DNA of 64,000 nt from Eledone cirrhosa (taxonomy: Eukaryota): NCBI GenBank assembly GCA_964016885.1, contig OZ024740.1:282286001-282350000 (forward strand), given 5' to 3'. The notes beneath the pieces were generated by a model. That model saw only the letters and a program-made list of their open reading frames with translations. It had not been told where the DNA came from and ran no database searches. The translations under genes were made by a program, and so were the position numbers. Positions 55,712-64,000 of the stretch are shown here, one piece after another (the first letter of the stretch is position 1; each line of letters opens with the position of its first letter).

Positions 55712-56470
55712 GAAAATTTCGCTCTACATCATGGCTGAATACAAAAAATGTAATCTGAGTTTTTCGAATATTAATAAAACATTCGATTCGTTTGCAATTA
55801 TGCAAACAAGCCTCAATTTTATCGCCATGTCAGTAGAATGAACACTTCATTCTTGCTCTTGTGTTGGCATGTAAACAGAACTGCAGACACTAATGTTTCT
55901 GGGTGTCACCCTTCATCAGTACAGCTCACTGTTCTCCTGCCAAACTGTCAGAGCTAGTAAAAATATATGCTATTTTCAAAAATACACAGTGACTGATCGG
56001 CCTGATTTGCATGTTAGCAGACTGGCTGATCAGTCAGATCTGCATATTATCAGATCCACTGATCAGCCAGATTTGCATATCAGCAGACTGGCCAGTCAAT
56101 TTCATGTATACGAGCGATAAATAGCCGGCTTTGCCAAATTGAAATAAAAAAGAAAATTTCGCTCTACATGGCTGAATACAATAAATGAATTTTGCAAAGC
56201 CGTCCGTTTATCGCTTGTATACAGGAAACTTCAGTTTGACTATCCAAACTGAACCTGAACCGATAAGGTCTGGTTTCTTGGGTATGTCACCATTTATAAA
56301 ACAAATTTTGTATTTTATCTGATGAGTGCGTACCAAAACTGTGGTACCCTTGAAATATATATGGTTTTATAAATATAGTTTTATAACATCATTGATATAT
56401 ATATATATATATATATATCAATGATATTAATAAATTTAATAAATGGAAACTATATTTATAAAACCATATT

Positions 56471-56531
56471 TATTTTAATATATATATTTCAAGGGTACCA
56501 AAATTTTGGTATGCTCTCATCAGATAAAATA
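56471..56531 (-). ncRNA. Hammerhead ribozyme, family B
   Basis: Minus strand tattttat-CTGATGA-gagcatacc(aaaatttt)ggtaccctt-GAA-ATATATAT-A-ttaaaata; defective partner at 56311-56362 (+). Confidence 0.65.
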
Positions 56532-56558
56532 AAAAAATTATATATATATATATATATA

Positions 56559-56618
<60 letters not shown>

Positions 56619-57200
56619 GAGAGAGAGAATGACAATTGAAAGAGATATCTAATATATAGAATGGGAAAAAGAAGAAAACCATTCTTAGAAATTACAAGAC
56701 ATGTTTACTTTGTAAGTTATTTATAAGACTGCTTCATGTATACTTGCCAGCTCAATGAAATATACTATTTAAAGTTTATTTCCTCTAGATATTTGCAATT
56801 CCATGAAACTCTTCTATGTTCACTGAAATATTCAACGTAAACCTGTGATGTGTGCTGCCTCAAAGGTGTCATGTTGGTTCTGCGAATTTTCATTTGTCAA
56901 AATAATGTTCACATGTATAACAAAAGCTCGAGTTACATTTTCTTGCTAAAATATCTTATCACTAAATTCGCTTAAAGTCAGCTATATAGAAATGCGTTCG
57001 CTAATGTTTCGAATTCGAATAACTTCCGATACGACAATGAATTTGACCGTAGATGCATTCAGGTAACAATATATTTCAACCCTATTTCAAATAGATATGC
57101 TTTGAGGGCAATACTGCTGCTCTGCTGTTGCTCCACCTCCTCCTCCTCATCCCCCCTCCTCCCCGTTCTCCTCCTCCTCCTCCCCCTCCTCCTCCTCCTC

Positions 57201-57231
<31 letters not shown>

Positions 57232-57233
<2 letters not shown>

Positions 57234-57637
57234 ATAATAATAATTGTTTCTGCTTTAGGCACAAGGCCATCAAATATATAGTACATTACTGGTACTTTAT
57301 TTTTTATCGACCCCGTAAGGATGAAAGGCAAAGTCAACCTCGGCGGGATTTGAACTCAGATCGTAAAGGGACGTAACTATGCTAGAAAGCATGGCGTCCA
57401 ACCCCCCTACCGATACTGCCAAATGGTTTCTTATATAGGCACAAGGCCAGCAATTTTTGGGGAGGGGGGAAGTCGATTAAATCGACCCCAGTGTGTGGCT
57501 GGTACTTTATTTTATCGACCCCGTAAGGATGAAAAGCAAAGTCAACCTCGACAGGATTTGAACTCAGACCGTAAAGGGACGTAACTATGCTGGAAAGCAT
57601 GGTGTCCGACCCTCCACCGATACTGCCAATTCACCGC
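57232..57637 (-). mobile_element. Two tandem SINE family 1 copies
   Basis: 57232-57422 and 57425-57637, flanked by (TAC)n/(TAA)n. Confidence 0.88.
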
Positions 57638-57647
57638 CCTACTACTG

Positions 57648-57704
<57 letters not shown>

Positions 57705-57714
57705 ATAATAATAG

Positions 57715-59280
57715 TCTCATTTATTGGCCACAAGGGCCGACATATAGGGGACAATACAAAAGACGGACAGTGGGTGTTTACATATACATCGTGTAAATAA
57801 TATAAATAACAATAAAAATACAACAGGGTAAATTCCCCACCAATCGTGAACGACCCGACGCTTCGTGTGCACCCAGGAAGGGCACCCCTCTCCTCCTCCA
57901 ATTCATCCACCTACAGGCGCATGATCAGAGTCGGCCCACTCACACGGGCCATTCTCGCGGCATTCACTCACCTTTCAGCAAATGTACTGAGGTGGGGTGG
58001 GGGGCAGCACTTCTCTCTCCACCCTTACCTTCCTTTCCAAGTGAAACTTGAAAAAGTTGATGAGGGATTGGCCGAAGAGAAAGTGTTTGCCTTCAGTCCT
58101 TTCAACCTGGTGCACCATACAACCTCTTTCGCTACTGCCACCAGAAGGCGGCGGGTCGATCTTCACTATAGACTCGGTCGATAGCCGGATCCGTTCTACA
58201 CGCGACAACAGCTGTTCGACATAACTCCACAAGTCAGTAACGCACGTCCACTGGACGAGTGAGTGCAGAACGGTTTCGTCGCTCTGTGCGAATTTCGGGA
58301 TGGTCCGTCTGACAGTAATTCCGTGCCTGTAGAGTTTATCTCGAACCGGCAGTGCCCCCCCCCCCCCCGATAGCACTGCTAAGCGAGGGATTTTTGGAAG
58401 TTATCCATCGTCCCCGGCTCGAAAGTCCTCCGGAACAGACTGGTTTGTTCGACTTCGCACTTGCCCATCACTAATCCTCTATAGAACTCGAGACTGGAAG
58501 TTCCACTGACCGCATTGCCCGCCTGGTAGAGGGCAGTGAGTGACTGGCATCATTCCAGATGCCAGTCACCAGTCTCGGTCTCTTCTTGACCTAGGACTGC
58601 AGCTCAGTCAAAGAGACGAACTGCGGAAAGGCCTGTCTGACAAACGGCGACCACACCTGTTCATCGTTTAGGCAGAATATCTGGAGATGCCGCAGCCTCA
58701 GTGCGTGTCTGCGCATCATTAGCCACGGCATGCCCAGCCCTCCACGTAGAGGATGCTGGCAGCAGATGAACCGCCTCACCAACGGAATCTGTCCCTTCCA
58801 CAATAATTTGAAGAGGAGCCGTTCCAAGTTGGTGAGGCGTGGACGGGGACAAGGGACGACGGCCAAGCGGTAGTAGATGATGGACGCGATGTACACATTC
58901 GGCACCTCCGCCCGACCTTTCTGGCCCGAACCAAACCCCGGCAACTTTACCAGTCCATCCGTCCAGCGCCCGACAGCGCTGTTGGACGTCATGGACCTGC
59001 CTCTCCAGGTGCCGAGTTGCAAGCCCACCGACAGGGCGATCTTCATTACCCTCATCACTTCGCCCAAGCTTTTTCGAGTTTGATCAGCTTCAATGCCGGG
59101 GCCAAACGTTGCTTCTTGACCGTTAAGTTCAGGTGAAAACGGCCTTTCATTAGCGGATGCAGCAGCGTATGTCCTCTTGTTGTTCATTTTGTTGTTGTTG
59201 TTGCTGTTACTGGTGTTGGTTGTATCATTGTTCACGTTGTTGCTGCTGCTGTTGCTGTTGTTGATAGTGCCGTTGTTCAC
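57715..59280 (-). mobile_element. L1/Tx1-like LINE, 3' part, deleted and frameshifted
   Basis: Same family as 27895-28765 (CCQHPLRGGLGMPWLMM); ALPVRDKL..DETVLH zinc-knuckle region. Confidence 0.8.
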
Positions 59281-59639
59281 GTTGTTGTTGGTGGTGGTGT
59301 TGTCGTTGGTGTAGTTTCCTTAATTCCGTTGTTCTGGATTTATTTTTGTTGTTGGTTCAGTTGTTTTGTTGTTGTTGTTGTTGTTATTGGTGTTGTTGTT
59401 GGCAATACTGTATAAAGTGGTGCTGGCTTTCATCAAGGTGGTGATGGAGGCGGTATCACTTAGATTATGTCTGAGCCACTGTCAAGTGACAGCTGGCTTA
59501 ACGTCGGGGGGGGGGGGGCGTGCTCCGACCATGTTTTTCTTTCAGAAAAACATTTTTTCAAACAACATATTGTTCAAATATTTGGGCCTTAGTGCCAAAT
59601 ATTATGATGTCACTTTAACACAGCCCCAACTTACATCAA

Positions 59640-61083
59640 GTTAACATCTGGTGAACGATTGAGTAACCCAAGTGTTGACGAGTACAAGTATTTAAACATT
59701 CTAATGATTGACGATAGATTGCGTGAACTAATGAAGGACAATGTAAAATATAGCATATCTACACAAGTTAAAATTCTCCTTAAGACGACACTGCATGAAA
59801 GAAACATGATTCTAATTGTAATCATCTTGTTTATATCTGTAATACGATACAATGCTGGGATTTTCGAGTGAACTAAGGCTAAGGTTTATCAGATAGACGA
59901 CAGAACAAGAAAAATGATGACCATGCATAAAGCATTACATCCCAAAACATGTGTAAATAGGCTGTAGATGAAGCTGAAACTTAGACGAGGAAAACTGATA
60001 TGTATAACCACACGATAAATAATTGTTTCTACTTTTGGGACAAGGCCAGCGATTATCCCACTGAATTACTGATGCTTTATATTATCCATCCCGTAAGGAT
60101 GAAGGTAAGGTTAACCTTGGTTCGGTTTGAAATCAGACCGTAAAGGGCCGTAACTCTCTGCTGTAAAGCATGGCGCCAGCCCCTCTACCGATACTGAAAT
60201 AATAACGAGAGACATCTACAGTGCGTACCGTCAACAATAAGCATATGAAAGGTAAATATAAATTGTATAGAAGAGTTTAAGAGATGAGTCTCTGCGACCA
60301 AAAGGGAAGTAGTGGTTGGAAAGACATTGCATGGCAAATTTGAACTACAAGCAACTCAAGATCTCAGCCTAAGACCAAGCTTTAAATTCTAAGTCGGTAA
60401 TAAAAATGTGTATATCTTCTTGGGGCAAATGTAAAATGCCCTTTGAGTGGAATTAAAATAGAAACCGTAACACGCATATTAAGCGCGTGCAAAATTCTAC
60501 CTGAAAAAGAAAAAGAAACAGCATAAAAGAACACATGAATAGGCCTGTATATAACTTCTCTAGGTGAAGGCGCATGGCTTAGTGGTTAGAGCATTGGGCT
60601 TGCAATTGAGAGGTTGTGACTTCGATTCTCGGATTGGGTGATTAGGTGTGTCCTTGAGCAAGACACTTTCTTTCACGTTGCTCCAGTTTACTCAGCTGTA
60701 GAAATAAGTTGCGACGTCACTGGTGCCAAGTTGTATCGGTCATTGTCTTTCCCTTGGACAACATCGGGGCCTTGGAGAGGGGAGGCTGGTATACATGGGT
60801 GACTACTGGTCTTCCACAAAACAAACCTTGCCCAGGCTTGAGCCTCGGAGAGAAACATTCTAGGTGCAAAAACCATAGTCATTAGTGACCGATTGGTGCC
60901 TTAAGATACCTAGCTCTAGCCAATGTATAAAATATATTGACATCAATCGTCAGATAAATGGTAGAAACAACCCCAAGAAATTACGTAACATCACCGTCCA
61001 AACAGACCACAGAATTGAACACAACAGACCTATTATAGGTAAGAATGCCAGATTATTGATGTTACCATCCCAGGACACCGCAA

Positions 61084-61090
<7 letters not shown>
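59640..61090 (+). pseudogene. Degraded R4/Dong-type LINE interrupted by two SINEs
   Basis: YKYLNI, VIRYNAGI, RKMMTMHKALHPK, VQTDHRIEHNRP; SINE-1 at 60018-60197 (-). Confidence 0.6.
60566..60900 (+). mobile_element. tRNA-derived SINE family 2, near full length
   Basis: TGGCTTAGTGG box A, TTCGATTC box B, TCCTTGAGCAAGACAC core. Confidence 0.8.
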
Positions 61091-61126
<36 letters not shown>

Positions 61127-61239
61127 ACCTGCTGCAAAATCAAAACAAGATATGAACCTTGATGTGGATTTAACCTTGATGTGGATTTAACCCCCAAAAC
61201 TCTTTCCGAGCAATATAAGGAACACTTTTGATTAGTTAT

Positions 61240-61279
61240 GCCCTTGAGAAGCCCAACTGGGCGAAACGTACGTAGGTGC
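61240..61279 (+). ncRNA. Minimal hammerhead, U3-A8 variant
   Basis: GCCC-TTGAGAA-GCCC(aact)GGGC-GAA-ACGTACGT-A-GG(t)GC; AATAAA downstream, then (TA)n. Confidence 0.65.
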
Positions 61280-61333
61280 TGTTTTAAATAAACATGTTTT
61301 AACGGTCTATTCTCCGATTTTTTACTTTCCCAC

Positions 61334-61420
<87 letters not shown>

Positions 61421-61425
61421 TATAT

Positions 61426-61617
61426 AACAAAGGAATTGTGATAAGGAACCAGATGGACCATAACGCACCAGAGTACTCAATACTTAGTGTAGTAGAGTGG
61501 GAAATAGGAAAACGTATGACCCCGACGGCAGAGCTCAAGCCGTTTTGACGACTATTTCTGGTCCAGAAATAGCCGTCGAAACGGCTTGAGCTCTACCGTC
61601 GGGGTCATATTTTTTCC
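61426..61617. repeat. Family F fold-back element
   Basis: Palindrome 61507-61617 plus tail matching 7266-7345. Confidence 0.85.
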
Positions 61618-62216
61618 TAAATATATATATATATATATGAATTTCGTATATCTAAAGATATATGGTATGTTTATGAATAAACATTCTGTTTGTGTCTTTG
61701 GTGCGTTTTCAGTTTTCAGTTTTAAAATCGATACTGGCCCTGTGAACAAAATGTTGACGTCTGTAAATATTTTCTTTTAAAGTAAGATAAAGAGCGGCTT
61801 GGCGGTATCTTAACTCCCCCCAGTCTACTAATTATGCGTGTCTATACGAATTCTATTGCTGCTGTTGTTATTAGGAAAGTCATTGACATCGTAAATATTC
61901 ATATTCGGAACGCTGGAATTGAAATTATTATTTTTTTAAAAGGGTTAGTATTTTCTTTAATAATATCTATATCCATTTTATTTTTTGGGTCATAGTTCCT
62001 TTCATTTTATGGTGGTGCATACGGCCAACATTCGTGGGTTGAATGTCAGCTATTGAAAAAAAAAAGTTGTTGACAATTTCTTTAACACAAAATACGAAGT
62101 GCGTTGGTAGATCTAAAACAGGAACGAATAAACGCTGTTATCCCGGATGCTAGAAGAACGACGTGGGAACAATGCACAATTATCTCACTGCAAAGTTCCT
62201 TACCACATTTCCCTCG

Positions 62217-62293
<77 letters not shown>

Positions 62294-64000
62294 ACGGATC
62301 TCTGTATTTTTTACGCATACGAAAATATTTGGTCATAGCCGAGGATGCTTGCCTGAAGTACCACACAAAGTACGAACGCAAAGCTCCGTGGTTATGAAAC
62401 AAATTTCTTAACCATACAACCATACCATATTTTTCATCATCACAATAATTTACATATATCCTTAACTCTCTCTGTTGATTCTGACAATTGTGTTGCTAAA
62501 TTCAATTAACCAAAAGGTCGTGATGGTAATTTGCACCTAACCTATGGATTCATTTCGACTAAGTTATTTTCATTAACAGCTTAATTTGTCACTCAATTAA
62601 GTCTAATAGTATATAATAACTTCATGATTTAAACAGAAATAATAACGATGTGGAACTGAATACGCTCAGTCTACTTTGTTGATAGCTGATTAATTAATTT
62701 CTAGAGAAGAGAATCTATTTATTCTATAATGTATTTTGTGAACAAGACATCGGCCGTGAGTTTATTGCCCTGGTTTGACAGAAGGATCGGCTGAGATAAT
62801 ACATATATTATGGGTGACTGGCAAAATAAAGTTTCTTGACCTCATGTTATATTCTATAACATTCGGTGTAATCTATACTAATATTATGTTTCCTCGAATA
62901 TTTTAGAAATGGAAAATATGTACGCACTATCAGAAGATAAGTCTAGCAAGCGAAGAAAACGAGTGAAGACTGTGTACATTTTAAGTTCAAGCTACGCTGT
63001 ATCTAGTGACTGGATCAAATAAATTAGGACTGGTCATGCATTAGTTCAAAGCAATTAATACCATGCGAGACAAAATTTGAACTTCCACTAACGTAACATG
63101 AAAATGTAAAATGACAGCGAGTTAAATATGTGACACGACTGAGATTAGTTCATCTCACTTACTTCTCTAATGTTTTTGAGAAATGGAATTTTTTATCGTT
63201 TAAAACTGTTAAACTTTCTGTTGTACAGAAACCCTATAGCAACGTTACCCAAGTGAATTAATTAATCAACCCTGCTTTGGAAACTGAAAGGATTCAGTAA
63301 TGGGCATGTATTAAACTAACTTAATTTAATATATGCTGTTAGTTAATAAAAGTATAAGAGCTGCGGTTGTTCTTGTTATAAAATATACCTAAACTCAGGC
63401 GAAAGACTAGTTCATATTACATTACTGTCAACGCTATGTCCGGTATAAAACCCAAACTATGAACTAAAATTTAAATGCATATGGCTGTAGTGTGTGGTGA
63501 CTGCTTCCTGAATTGCTGATTTTATTTTAAATCTCTTCACGGATAGTATCAAGGAGTTTGGTGCTCTTATCCAATAAATTAGCGCTGCGTCTTACAACCA
63601 AAATTGCATGAAGAATCTTAGTAGCAGATAACGTTAATACGAATCTGTTCTAAAAGATTCCGCTCAAAATTGTTTTCTCTAAAGACATTCTCTCAATAAA
63701 TACTTCTCAAATCATCAAAACATTTAAGTTACTTCCATACAAATGACTATTTGTATGTGCAGGCGTAAGTGAGTATGTGGGTGTGAAAGACAGAGAAACA
63801 GAAAGAGAAAAAGAGAGAGAGAAAGAAAGAAATAGAGAGAGATTATGTGAGAGAGAGAGGGGAGAGAGAGTGTGATGGAGAGAGACTGCGTGGTTGGGAA
63901 GAGAATTTGTGCCTGATGTTACGATTAGAAGACCAATTTGTTGGTGACATACGAATGTCTATTCGGATGTGGAAAGACGTGTCCACAAATATTATGACAA

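Overview
AT-rich, microsatellite-dense eukaryotic DNA with no recognisable host exon. The SINE and repeat repertoire looks cephalopod (Octopus-like; inferred, not verified). Nearly all long ORFs are transposon-derived: a Neptune-type Penelope-like element (PLE, RT+GIY-YIG), a Nematis-type PLE relic, a young RTE LINE with three C2H2 fingers and a 54-bp TSD, several R4/Dong-type LINEs, L1/Tx1-like fragments, a complete Chapaev3-like DNA transposon, Helitron pieces and two tRNA-SINE families. The main unexpected signal is a dense set of short non-coding (TA)n-anchored elements carrying minimal type I hammerhead ribozymes (HHRs). By eye they fall into about 8-10 unrelated sequence families, including U3-A8 core variants and palindromic helix III. 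Most are built as head-to-head fold-backs with the ribozyme 3' ends pointing outward into (TA)n tracts. They look like a non-autonomous, PLE-mobilised ribozyme/palindrome system. All folds were derived by manual base pairing; none was computed or tested.
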